A stretch of DNA of 64,000 nucleotides from Mobula hypostoma. Its lineage: Eukaryota. The translations under genes were made by a program, and so were the position numbers. Each line of letters begins with the position of its first letter. Positions within the stretch are counted from its first letter, which is position 1. The notes under the pieces are model-generated. The model was given only the letters and a program-made list of their open reading frames with translations, was not told the DNA's origin and did not search any database. Below, one piece after another: positions 33,061 through 45,400 of the stretch. The stretch lies in NCBI RefSeq assembly GCF_963921235.1, contig NC_086108.1, positions 12,214,001 through 12,278,000 of the forward strand. Reading direction: 5' to 3'.

Positions 33061-34240
33061 CCTATCCCGGGGAACCTGCGCCAGCACGCAGATCGACCAG
33101 CTAAACACCCTACATGTAGACTTTTGCCACCCGGGGGTCACCCGGCTTTTCTACTTCATGAAAGCCCGGAACCTGCCTTACTCCCTTGAGGAGATCAGGA
33201 CGATGACCAGGGAATGCCAAGTCTGCGAAGAGTGCAAACCACACTTCTACCAACCCGAAAAGGCACAACTAATCAAGGCTACCCGCCCCTTTGAGCGACT
33301 GAGTGTTAACTTTAAGGGCCCCCTTCCCTCCACCGATCGCAATGTGTACTTTCTTAACGTTATCGATGAGTACTCACGGTTCCCCTTCGCCATCACCTGC
33401 CCCGACACCACTACGACGTCAGTTATAAAAGCCCTGCGCAAGCTCTTCACTCTGTTCGGATACCCATGCTATATCCACAGTGACAGAGGGTCCTCGTTTA
33501 CGAGTGACGAGCTGTGCCAATACCTGCTGGCTTGGGGAATTACAACTAGTAGGACCACGAGCTATAATCCCCGGGGGAATGGACAGGTGGAGAAGGAGAA
33601 TGGCACAGTGTGGAAAGCCACACTCTTAGCCCTCAGGTCAAAGGGACTGCTGCTCTCCCGCTGGCAGGAGGTCCTTCCCGAGGCACTCCACTCCATCCGC
33701 TCCCTGTTATGCACAGCCACCAATGCCACCCCTCAAGAGCAGCTCTTTTCTTTTCCCAGAAAATCGACCACTGGAACCACCCTACCAACTTGGCTGATGT
33801 CCCCGGGGCCAGTGCTGCTCCGGAAACATACGAGGAGCAATAAATACTCCCAGATAGTCGAGAGGGTTCACTTACTTCATGCGAACTCTCAGTATGCCTA
33901 CGTGGTTTTACCTGATGGGCGGGAGGACATGGTCTCCATCCGCGACCTGGCGCCTGCAGGAGCACCAGGCCCCTACCCTGAACACTCCGTGGTGACTATA
34001 GACCCTGTACCCACTGATGTATGTACCCACGAGACACCGCGCACTCCAAGCCCTACACAGACGCCACACGACACTCCCATACTGGGCGCAATGCACACGC
34101 ACGAGGGATTAACAATGCCTAACGTGCTGGTACCTCAAGTCAGGCCGGAGCCAGCACAACCGCCATCGCTGACGCAATCACCACCGGTGCTACGTAGATC
34201 ACAGCGACGGACTCGACCGCCTGATAGACTTAACCTGTAA
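33023..34240 (+). CDS. Retrotransposon integrase region (HHCC + DDE core; first Asp replaced by Asn)
   Basis: 405-aa open frame: LHVDFCHPG...CQVCEEC; RLSVNFKGP; HSDRGSSF; NGQVEKEN; Pro-rich tail ending RRSQRRTRPPDRLNL. Confidence 0.9.
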   Translation: MYRPGKLNEPSDALSRGTCASTQIDQLNTLHVDFCHPGVTRLFYFMKARNLPYSLEEIRTMTRECQVCEECKPHFYQPEKAQLIKATRPFERLSVNFKGPLPSTDRNVYFLNVIDEYSRFPFAITCPDTTTTSVIKALRKLFTLFGYPCYIHSDRGSSFTSDELCQYLLAWGITTSRTTSYNPRGNGQVEKENGTVWKATLLALRSKGLLLSRWQEVLPEALHSIRSLLCTATNATPQEQLFSFPRKSTTGTTLPTWLMSPGPVLLRKHTRSNKYSQIVERVHLLHANSQYAYVVLPDGREDMVSIRDLAPAGAPGPYPEHSVVTIDPVPTDVCTHETPRTPSPTQTPHDTPILGAMHTHEGLTMPNVLVPQVRPEPAQPPSLTQSPPVLRRSQRRTRPPDRLNL

Positions 34241-34308
34241 ATATACTTCTTGTAAATATTGTCAGTCACTTCAGCCCGCGGGACTCTTTTAAAAAAAGGA
34301 GGGGTGAA

Positions 34309-34538
34309 TGTGGTAAACCATGTATATATGTTGTAACTGGGTTACCTGTCTGGACACACCCCTCTGCTGACTGCCCCTGTGGCTCCTCCCACAGAGTCCT
34401 GTATAAAGGTGTTCGCCTTGCCCCTCCCCCTCAGTCCGGGGGCAGACACTCACTGTGGAGGTCGTATTGTACAGCGAATAAAAGCCTTTCAGTATTTTAC
34501 CAAACCTCAGTCTTTTGGAGTAATTGAAGGTGCTTCCA
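34309..34538 (+). repeat. 3' LTR
   Basis: Direct repeat of the 5' LTR, with about 10 substitutions plus a (TA)n length difference, counted by eye. Confidence 0.95.
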
Positions 34539-35785
34539 GAAAATCTTGCCTGACAAATCTGTTGGAATTCTTTGAAGCAATAACAAGCAGCATAGACAAA
34601 GGAAAATTGGTTGATGTTGAATACTTGGATTTTCAAAAGGCTTTTGACAAGATGCTTTGACATGAGGCTGCTTATCAAATTTCAAGCCCTTTGTATTACA
34701 GAAAATATTTTAGCATGGATAAAGCAGTGGCTGATTGGCAGGAGGCCAAGAGTGGGAATAAATAGAGCCTTTTTTATTTGGCTGCTGGTGACTAGTGGTG
34801 TTCTTCAGGGGTCTGTGTTGGGACCAATTCTTTTTACGTTATATGGCAATGATTTGGATGATGGAATTGATGGCTTTGTTGCAAAGTTTGCAGACAATAC
34901 GAAGATAGGTGGAGGGGCATGTAGTTTTGAGGAAATAGGGAGGCTATTGAAAGATGAAGACAGAGAATGGGCAAAGAGTGTCAGATAGAATAGTGTCAGG
35001 ATGTGTATGGTTATGCACGTAGGTAGAAGAAATGAAAGAGATGACTATATGGAGAGAAAATACAAAACTCTGAGCCACAAAGGGATTTAGGTGTCCTTGT
35101 GCAGGATTCCCTAAAGGTTAATTTGCAGGTTGAGTCTGTGGTGAGGAAGGCAAATGTGATGTAGCATTTATTTTAAAAGGACTAGAATATAAAAGTAAGG
35201 ATATAATGCTGAGACTTCATAAAGCACCAGTGACGCCTCACATGGAGTATTGTGTGCAGTTATCTTAGAAAAGGTGTGCTGAAACTGGAGAGGGCTCAAA
35301 AGAGATTCACAAAAATGATTCCAGGATTAAATGGCCTGTCCTAAGAATAGCGTTTGATGGCTCTGGACCTGTATTCACTGGAATTTAGAAGAATGAAGGG
35401 TGACCTAGTTGAATGGTGAAAGGCCTTGATAGAGTGGATGTGAAGAGGATGCTTCCAATGGTGGGAGGGTCTAAGACCAGAGGACACAACCACAGAATAG
35501 AAGGTTGTCCTTTTAAAACAGAGATGAGGAGGAATTTCTTTAGCCAGAGAATGGTGAATCTGTGGAATTTGTTGCCACAGGCAGTGATGGAGGTCAAGTC
35601 TTTAAATATATTCAAGGCAGAGGTTGATAGATCCTTCATTGATCAAGGCATGAAGGGATACAGTGGGAAGTCATGAGATTGGGTCTGAGAGGGAAAATGG
35701 ATCAGCCATGATGAGATGGTGGAACAGACTCAATGTCAAATGGCCTAATTTGGTTCCAATATCTTATGGCCGTTTGCTTTCAGAA

Positions 35786-35813
35786 AGAGAAGAAGAAGAA
35801 GAAGAAGAAGAAG
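35786..35813. repeat. (GAA)n microsatellite
   Basis: About 8 copies of gaa. Confidence 0.9.
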
Positions 35814-35814
35814 A

Positions 35815-36250
35815 GATAAGTAATAAATATCAAGATCATGAGATGAAGAGTCCTTGGAAGTGTGCCCATCAGTTATGGGAATAGTGGGAATGGTTCAGTG
35901 ATGGAGTGAGTGAAGTTATCCACCCTGGTTCAAGAGACTGATAGTTGAGAGGTAGAAACTGTTCCTGAACCTGGTGATGTGGGACTTGAGGTTCTTGTAT
36001 CTTCTACCTGATGACAGCAGGTGAAGAGAGCATGTCCTTATTGGGGTGGCTGAGGGGAGGGTGGAGAGGTTCCTTGATGCTCATTGTTGCTTTTGTGTGG
36101 CAGTCCTATTCTTTGTAGGATTTTCCACTCAAAAGCTTTGGTGTTTCCATACCAGGCAGTAATGCAACCAGTCAATACACTGTCCACTGCACATCTATAG
36201 AAGTTTGTCAGTGTTTTGGTTGACATGCCAAATTTTTGCAGACTTCTAGA
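35815..36250 (-). mobile_element. Rex1/Babar-type LINE 3' fragment
   Basis: ORF 36038..36226(-) MSTKTLTNFYRCAVDSVLTGCITAWYG. Confidence 0.75.
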
Positions 36251-36438
36251 AGACAGTGAGAGGGACTCACCCTGACAGAAACGGAATGTGTTGGGAATGC
36301 TGTGTTTTGTGTACTAAACCTTATCCTGGAACCAACACTCCGTCCCCAATCCACCCACCTCCTGAGTTTGCAGTATCTAACCATGGCCGGCTAGAAGCCT
36401 GGAGAAGTGCTACACTTGCTAATGGGAAAGGTCAGTCA

Positions 36439-39400
36439 TCCCAGTTGTACAAATTACCAGCTGAATGAGAATCTGGCTGTATGAGGTTCCAGTTATACAA
36501 GATTCCAGTTGTAGAAGATTCCTGTTGTATAATATATCAGTTGTACAAGATTCCAGTGGTACTAGATGCCAGTTGTACAAGATCACAGTTGAACAGGATT
36601 CCAGTTGTATGAGGTTCCAGTTGTGTGAGATTCCAGTTACACAAGATTCCACTTGTAGAAGATTCCAGTTGTATAATATACCAGCTGTACCAGATTCCGG
36701 TGGTACAAGATACCAGTTGTACAAGATTCCAGTGGTACTAAATGCCATTTTTACAAGATCCCAGTTGACAAGATTCTAGTTTTATGAGGTTCTAGTTTTA
36801 CAAAATTACGAGTATAAGAATCCAGTTGTCAAGAATTCCAGTTGTACAAGATTTAGGCTGTATGAAATACCAATTCTACAAGATTCCAGTTGTAGGAAGT
36901 TCCAGTTGTACAAGAATCATGTTGAACGAGTATCCAGTTGTACAACATTCTGGTTGTACAATATTCCAGTTGTATGATGTTCCAGTTGTATAAGGTTCCT
37001 ACTGTACAAGATTCAGGTTGTATGAACCAGCAGTTGGACAAGATTTCATTTGTAGGAAGTTCTGGTGTACAAGATTCCATTTGTAAAGGATTCCAATTGT
37101 ACAACATTATGTTGTACAAGATACATAATTTATGATGTACCAGATGTATAGGAATCCAGCTGACAATTTTTCAATTGTTTGAGTTTCAAGTTGTACAAGA
37201 TCCCAGTTGTATAAAGTTCAGTTGGCACAGGATTCCAGTTACACAGATTTCAGTCATACAAGATCCCAGCTGTGTGAGGTTGCAGTTGTACAAGATTCCA
37301 ATTGCACAATATTCCAGTTGTACAGGATTCCTGTTGTACAAGATTCAAGTTGTAAGAGGTTCCAGTTGAACAACATGCTAGTTGAACAAGCTTCTAGTTG
37401 TAAGAGATTCCAGTTGCTCAAGATACCAGTTGTACAAGATTCCATTTGTGTAAGATTCCATTTGTGTAAGATTCCAGTTGTACAAAATTCAAGATATACA
37501 AGATTCCAGTTATACAAATTTCGAGTTGTATGAAGTTCCAGTTGTACACGACTCCACTTGTACATGATTCTAGTTGTACACAATTCCATTTGTAGAAGAT
37601 CCTGGTTGTAGAAGATGCTGATCGTAGAAAGTTCCGAAGTTGCATAAGAGTCCAGTTGTATGGGGATCCGGTTGTCCAATATTCTAGTTGTTAAACATTC
37701 CTGTTTTACAAGATTCCAGTTGAACGAGATACTAGATGTACATGACTACACTTATACTCAATTCCAGTTGTACAAGATTCTAGTTGCACAAGATTCCAGT
37801 GTATGGTGTTTCAGTTGTACAAGATTCCAGTTGTATGAAGTTGCAATTGTATAAGTTTCAGATTGTACAAATGTCCAGATGTACAAGATCCCCATTGTAC
37901 AGATTGCAGTTGCATGAAATTCCTGCTGTACGATATTCCAGTCGAATGAGTTTCTGGTTGTATAAGATTCTAATTGTATGAGGATCCTGTTGTGCAAGAA
38001 TCCACCTCTACAAGATTCCACTTGCACAAGATTCTAGATGTAGAAGATTCCAGTTGCATGAGTTCTGGATGTACAAAATTCCAGTTCTACAAGATTTCAG
38101 TGGTATGAAGTTCCTATTTTGCAAGATTCCAGTTACACAACATACCAGCTGTACACGACTTCACTTTTGCACAATACAAGTTGTACAGGATTCCAGTCTA
38201 CAAGATTCTTGTTGCAGAAGAGTCCAATTGTACAAGGTTCCAGTCTTATGTGGTTCCAGTTGTAAAAAAAAATTGTACAGGAATCGAGTTGTATAATTTA
38301 ACTATTACACAAGATTCAAGTTGTATGAAGTACCACTTGTACAAGATTCCAGTTCCATGAATTTCCAGTTGCACAAAATTCCAGATGTACAAGATTTGAG
38401 TTGTGCAAGGTTCCATTTGTATGAGTTTCCATTTGTGCAAGATACCAATTGCACAAGATTCCAACTGCACAAGATACCAATTGCACAATGTTCCAGTTCT
38501 TTGAAGTTCCAGTCGAACAAGATTCCAGTTGCCTGAGGATCCTGATGTACAAGCTTCTGGTTGTACAAAATTCTTGTTGAAGATTCCAGTTTCACAAGAT
38601 TCCAGTTGTAGAAGATTCCATTTATATGAAGTTCCCATTGTACAATTTTATAGTTGTATGAGATTCTGATTGTATGAGCTTCCTGTTGTATAAAGTTCCC
38701 TTTCTACATGAGTCCAGTGTATGACATCCCACATGTACAAGATTACAGTTGGATAAGATTCCAGTTCAAAAAAATTCTGCTCATACTGGTTTCCATTTGT
38801 CCAAGGTCCCAGTTATATGAAGTTCTCATTGGACAAGATTCCAGTTGTATGAAGTCCCAATTCTATGATATTCCAGTTGGACAAGATTCCAGTTGTTTGA
38901 GCTCCCAGTTGCAAAAGCTTCTAGTTGTACAAAATTCCAATTGTACAAGATTCCAGTTGTACAATATACCAGTTGTTCACGATTCCAGTTGTGCAAGATT
39001 TCAATTGTACAGCATTCCAGTTGTATGAAGACCCGGTTGGACAGGTTTCAGTTATATGAAGTTATGGCTGTGCAAGATTGTGGTTGTACAAGATTTCTGT
39101 TGAATAAGATTAAATTTGTATAAAGTTCCAGTTGTACAAGATTCCAGTTGCATGTTGTTCCAGCTGTACAAAATTCCAATAGAGTGAGATTCCAATTGTA
39201 CAAGATTCTAGTTGTATGAAGTTCCAGTTGCAGAAGATGATAGTTATATGAAGATCCCTTTAAATAAGATTTCATTTGTATGAAGTTACAGTTGTATGAA
39301 ATTACATTTGTACAAGATTGCAGTTGTATAATATTCCAATTGTTACAGGATACTAGTTCTGCATGATTCAAATTGTACGGGATTTCAGTTGTACAGCATT

Positions 39401-42400
39401 CCATTTGTATGAAGTCTGGTTGTACAAGATTGGAGATGTAGAAGATTCTAGTTCTATGAAGTTCTTTTGTACAATATTACAGTTGTATCAAGCTCCAGCT
39501 TGACAAGATTCCAGTTGTACAAAATTCCAGCTGCATGAGGGCCTGGTTGTAAAAGATTCTAATTGTACAAGATTCTATTTCTACAATATTCCAGTTGTAC
39601 AAAATTACAGATGTACAAGGTTCCAGTTGAATGAGGTTCCAGTTGTACAAAACTCCAGCTGCATGAAGGCCAGTTTGTAAAAGATTCCAGTTGAATGAGG
39701 TTCCAGTTATACAAAACTCCAGCTGCATGAAGGCCAGTTTGTAAAAGATTCCAGTTGAATGAGGTTCCAGTTGTACAAGATTCTATTTCTACAGTATTAC
39801 AGATGTACAAGGTTCCACTTGTATGAGTCATACTAGATTCTGGTTGTACAAATTTCCAGTTTTACAAGATTGTTGTGGTACAAGATTTCTGCAGTAAAGT
39901 TTCAAGTTGTACAAGATTGTGGTTATATGAGGTTCTAGTTATACAAGGTTCCAGCTTTATGAGATTCTGGTTGTACAAGATTCCAATTGTTTGAGTTTCC
40001 AATTGTAGGAGATTCCAGTTATATGAGGTTCCGGTTGTACAAGATACTGGTTGTAAGAGGTTCCAGTTGAACAGGTTTCTATTTAGAAAAAATTCCAGTT
40101 GGGCAAGAATCCAGTTGTAAGAAGTTCCAATTGAACAAGACTCCAGATGTATGAGATTCAGGTTCTACAAGATTGCAGTTGTACAGGATTTCAGGTGTAC
40201 AAGATTACAGTTATATACGATTCAGTTTATGCAAAAATTCCAGTTGTACAAGATTTCAGTTGTAAGAATTACCCTTTGCACAATGATTCCAGATGCACAA
40301 GATTCCATTTTGTATGAAGTTCCAGCTGTGCAATACACTAGCTGCACAAGATTCCAGTTCTATGAATGTCCAATTGTAGAAGATTCCACTTGTGTAAGAT
40401 TCCAGATGTAGAATATTCAGGTTGTACGAGAATCCAGTTCTACAAGATTACATTTGTACAACATTTCAGTCATACAAGATTCTAGTTGTACAAGATACAA
40501 GTTGTACCAAATCCCTGTTGTAAAGATTCCATATAAAGAAGATTCCAGATGTAGAGGATTCTATTTGTATGAAGTTCCAGTTGTACAAATTACCACTTGG
40601 ACACGATTCCTGTTGTGTGAGGTTCCAATCATACAAGATCCTAGTAGTATGAGGTTGTGACTGTTCAAGATTCCAGTTGAAGAAGGTTCTGGTGCTAAAG
40701 GATTCCAGTTGTACAATATTCCAATTGAACGAGATTTCAGTTGCACAATATTCCAGCTGTATGGGATACCTTTTATGCACAATTCCAATTGTACACAATT
40801 TAAATTGCTCTGGAATTCAGTTGTGCAGATTTCTATTTATATGAAGTTCTGATTCCAAGAGATTCCGGTTGTATGAAGTTGCAGTTGTCAAGATTCCACT
40901 GTACAAGATTGCTGTTGTACATGCCTCCAGTTGTTCAAGACTCCAGCTGTACTAGATTCAGTTAAACAAGATTTCATTTGTACAATATTCTAATTGTACG
41001 AGGTTGTTGTAGTCCATTTATCCAGTTGTAAGAGTTACCAGTTGTACACGATTCTAGTTGCTTGAAGTTCCAATCGTATAAGATCCTAATTGCATAAAAA
41101 TCACTTTGGACAAGATTTCAGTTGTATGAGGTCCCAGAAATGCAAGATTTCAGTTGAATGATGTTCTGGTTCTACAAAATTCCAGTTGTACAATATTCCA
41201 GTTGTACGAGATTCAAGTTGTGCGGTGTACTAGTTGTACACAATTCCAATTGTACAATTCAGTTGTACAGATTTCTATTTGTATGAAGTTCTGGTTGCAC
41301 AAGGTTCCAGTTGTATGAAGTTCTAGTTGTAAAAGTTTCCAGTTGTACAATATCACAGTCGTACCAAGTTCCAGTTCTACAGGATTCCAGTTGTACAAAT
41401 TCAAGTTATATGAATTTCCAGTTGGACAAGATTTCAGATGTACAAGATTCCAGTAGTAGAATATACCAGCTGTATGAAGTGCAAATTCTAGAAGATTCCA
41501 GTTATATGAATCGCCAATTTTTCAAGATTCCAGAGTACAAATTCCCATTGTACAAGACACCTGCTCTACAAAATTTCAGCTGTACCAGATTCCAGTTATA
41601 TGAGATTCTGGTTGTAAAATATTGCAGTTGTATGAGGTTGTGATTGTCCATTGTTACTGTTGTACAAGATTTCAGTTCTACAAGATTCCAGTTGTACAAA
41701 GCTCTGATTCTGGTTGTACAAGATTGTAGTTCCTCAAGATTCTGGTTGTATGAAATTCCAATTATACAAAATTCTACTTGTACAAGATTCCAGATGTAGA
41801 CGATTCTAGTTGCAAAAGGTTCTATTTCTAAAAGATAAAATGTCTACGACATTTCACTTGTACAATTTCTGGCTGTACGAGATTCAAGTTGTATCAAATT
41901 CCTATTGTACAAGATTCCAGATGTACAAGATTTCAGATGTACAAGGTTCTATTGGTGTGAAGTTCTAGTTGTATAAGATTCCAGTTTTACAAGACACCAG
42001 TTGTACAAATTCAAGTTGTATGAAGTTCCAGTTGTACACATTTCCAGCTGCATGAGGATCCACTTGTACAAGATTCCAGTTGTACAAATTACCAGTTGCA
42101 CATGAATCCTGTTGTGTAAGGTTCCAGTCATACAGGATCCTAGTTGTATGAGGTTCTGGTTGTTCAAGATTCCAGTTGAATGGGACACTCACAACACGCT
42201 GGAGGAACTCAGCAGGTCGGGCAGCATCTGTGGAAATGATCAGTCAACATTTCGGGCCGGAACCCTTTGCCAGGACTGTAGAGGGAAGGGGCAGAGGCCC
42301 TATAAAGAAGGTGGGGGGGTGGGAAGGAGAAGGCTGGTAGGTTCCAGGTGAAAAACCAGTAAGGGGAAAGATAAAGGGGTGGGGGAGGGGAAGCAGGGAG

Positions 42401-45400
42401 GTGATAGGCAGGAAAGGTGAAGAAGGAATAGGGGAAAACACAATGGGTAGTAGAAGGAGGCGGAACCATGAGGGAGGTGATAGGTAGCTGGGGGAGGGGC
42501 AGAGCGAAATAGGGATAGGGGAAGGGAGGGGGAGGGAATTACCAGAAGTTGGAGAATTCTATGGGGCTGGAGACTACATTGACGGTATATGAGGTGTTGC
42601 TCCTCCAACCTGAGTTTAGCCTCATCATGGCAGTAGAGGAGGCCATGTATGGACATATCTGAATGGGAATGGGAAGCAGAGTTGAAGTGGGTCGCTACCG
42701 GGAGATCCTGTCTGTTATGGTGGACAGAGCAGAGATGCTCAACGAAGCGGTCCCCAATCTGCGTCGGGTTTCACCGACATAGAGGAGAATGGGATGCTGG
42801 TTTTACAAGATTCCGCTTGTACAATATTCCAGTTGCATAAGATACAGTTGTACAATAGATCATTTGTACATGATCCCAATGCACTGGATTTTTATTGTAC
42901 AGATCTTTATTTGTATGAAATTCTGGTTGCATAGGATTCCAGTTGTATGAAGTTCTAGTTGTACAAGTTTCCAGTTGTATAAGATCACAGTTGCATCAAG
43001 TTCCGGTTCTACAAGATTCTGGTTGTACAAATTACTGGTTGCACCCAGTTCCAGTTGTGTGAGGTTTCAATCCTACAAGCTCCTACTTCTTGAAGTTCAC
43101 ATTACACAAGATTTCAGTTGCACAAGATTCCAGTTGTACAAGATACTGATTGTACATGATTCCAATTGGACTGGATTTCTGTGATACAGCTTTCCATTTG
43201 TATGAAGTTCAACTTGTACAAGATTACAATTGTATCAAGTTTGGGTTCTATAGGATTTCAGCTGCACAAATTCAAGTTGTATGAATTCCCACTTGTTCAA
43301 GATTCCACAAGTACAAGATCCAGGTGTAGGAGGTACTGGCTATACAATATTCCAGTTGTATGAGGTACCAATTCTACAAGATTCCAGTTGAATGAAGTTC
43401 CATTTATTGAAGATTGCAATTGTACAAGACTCCAGTTGTACAAGATTCTGATTGTAAAATATTGCAGTTGCACTAGGTTGTGGTTGTCCATTTTCCTGTT
43501 GTACAATATTCCAGTTCTGCAATATTCCAGTTGTACAAAGTTCCAGATGTAGATGAGTCCAATTGTTCAAGATTCCATGTGCACAAGGTTTCAGTTGCTC
43601 AAGACTCCAGTTGTTTGAATTTCCAACTGTACAAGATTCCATTTGTGTAAGATTCCAGAAGTAGAATATTCAGGTTGTACAAGAATCCAGTTCTTCAAGA
43701 TTACATTTGTACAATATTTCAGTCGTACAAGATTCTAGTTGTACCAAATCTCTGTTGTAAAATATTCCGTGTAAACAAGATTCCAGATGTAGAAAATACC
43801 ATTTGTATGAAGTTCCAGTTGTACAAGATAGCAGTCGTACAAAATTCCAGCTGTACCAGTTTCCAGTTGTACAGATACCAGTTGTGCAAAATCCCAGCTG
43901 TACCAGATTCCAGTTGTACAAGATTCTGTTTCTAAACTGTTGTAGTTGTATGATGTTGAGGTTGTCCATTTTCCCTGCTGTGCAAGATTCCTGTTCTACA
44001 AGATGCCAGTTGTACATGATTCCAGTTTACAAGGTTCCAGTTGTACAACTTTCCAGTTCTACAAGTTTCAAGTTGCACATGAGTCCAGTTGTACAAGATT
44101 CCATGTGCACAAGATTTCAGTTGTTCAAAATTCCAGATGTAGAGGAATCTGGTTGTACAAGTTTTGAGTATTGAGTTGTATCAAATTCCTTTTGTACAAG
44201 ATTGCAGATGTACAAGAGTCCAGATGTACAAGATTTCATTTGTATGAAGTTCTAGATGTACAAATTACAGTTGTATGATGCTCAGGTTTTACACATTTCC
44301 AGCTGCATGAATTTCTGTTTGTATAAGTTTTGAGTTGTACAAGCCTCCAGTTTTACAAGTTATGAGTTGCACAGGATTCCAGTTGCATGATGTTGCGGTT
44401 GTACAAGATTCCTGTTGTGTGATATTCCCATTGTATAAGGTTCCATATGTGCAAGATTCCTGTTTTACAGGATTCCAGTTGTATGAGGTTCGGGTTCTAT
44501 AAGATTCCCATTGTACAAGATTCCAGTTATCTGCTGTTCCAGTTGTACAAGATTACAGTTGTATGAAGTCCCAGTTCTACAATATTGCAGTTGTACAAGA
44601 TTCCAGTTGTTTGAGGATCCAGTTGTGTAATATTCTGGTTGGATGAGCTTCCAATTGTTTGAAGTTCCCTTTGTACTAGATTTCTGTTGTACAAGGTCTC
44701 AGTTGTTTGAAGTTCCAGTTGTACAAAATTCCGGTTGTACAATATTCTTGTTGTGTGTGATTCTAGTTGTAGAAGTTTCCAGTTGTACAGTATTCCAATT
44801 GTAAGAAGTTCTGACTGTATAAGATTGCAGTTTTATACATTATGGTGGTACAGGATTCTGGTTGTACAAGTTTCCAGTTTATGAGATTGCAGTTGTACCA
44901 GATTCCAGTTTTACAAGGTTCCAAAGGTATAAGCTTCCAGTTGTATGAGATTCCAGTTGTACAAGATTCTGGTTGTTCCGGATTCTGGTTACATAAGATT
45001 CCATATATACAAGATTCCAGTTGTATGAGGTTTCATTTGTAAAATGATTCTGGTTGTACAAGTTTCCAGTTTTATGAAATTGCAGTTACACCAGATTCCA
45101 GTTTTACGAAGTTTCAGATGTACAAGAGTCCAACTGTACAAAATTACTATTGTACAAGATTACTTTTGTATGAGATTCCAGTTGTTCAAGATTCCAGTTA
45201 CATAAAATTCCAGTTACATAAAATTGCATTTGTACAAGAGTCCAGTTGTACAATGTTCCATGTATACATGATTCTAGTTGTACAGAATTCCTGTTGTAAA
45301 AGATTCCATTTGGACAAGATTCCATTGTATGATGTCCTAGTTGTATGAAGATCCAGTTATACAAGATTCTGGAATTGTATGATTCCACAAGATTCTGGTT

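Larger units (their letters stand above)
31617..34538 (+). mobile_element. Ty3/Gypsy LTR retrotransposon, two LTRs, internally deleted (no protease or RT)
   Basis: LTRs at 31617-31853 and 34309-34538 (TG...CA). TSD GAAA (31613-31616, 34539-34542). PPT aaaaaaaggaggggtgaa at 34291-34308. gag, RNase H and integrase in Gypsy order. Confidence 0.97.
30795..35770 (+). mobile_element. CR1 LINE split by the Gypsy element
   Basis: ...ggtttcctcaagggaaa (31616) resumes as gaaaatcttgcctgacaaatc (34539), i.e. GFLKGKSCLTNLLEFF. Downstream RT (34611..34988) and C-terminus (35413..35676). Confidence 0.9.

Noticed and set aside
31880..34240. Domesticated gag- or integrase-derived host gene
   Set aside because: Both LTRs, the PPT and the TSD are retained with low divergence, there are two in-frame stops, and it sits inside a CR1. 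This fits a fairly recent insertion.
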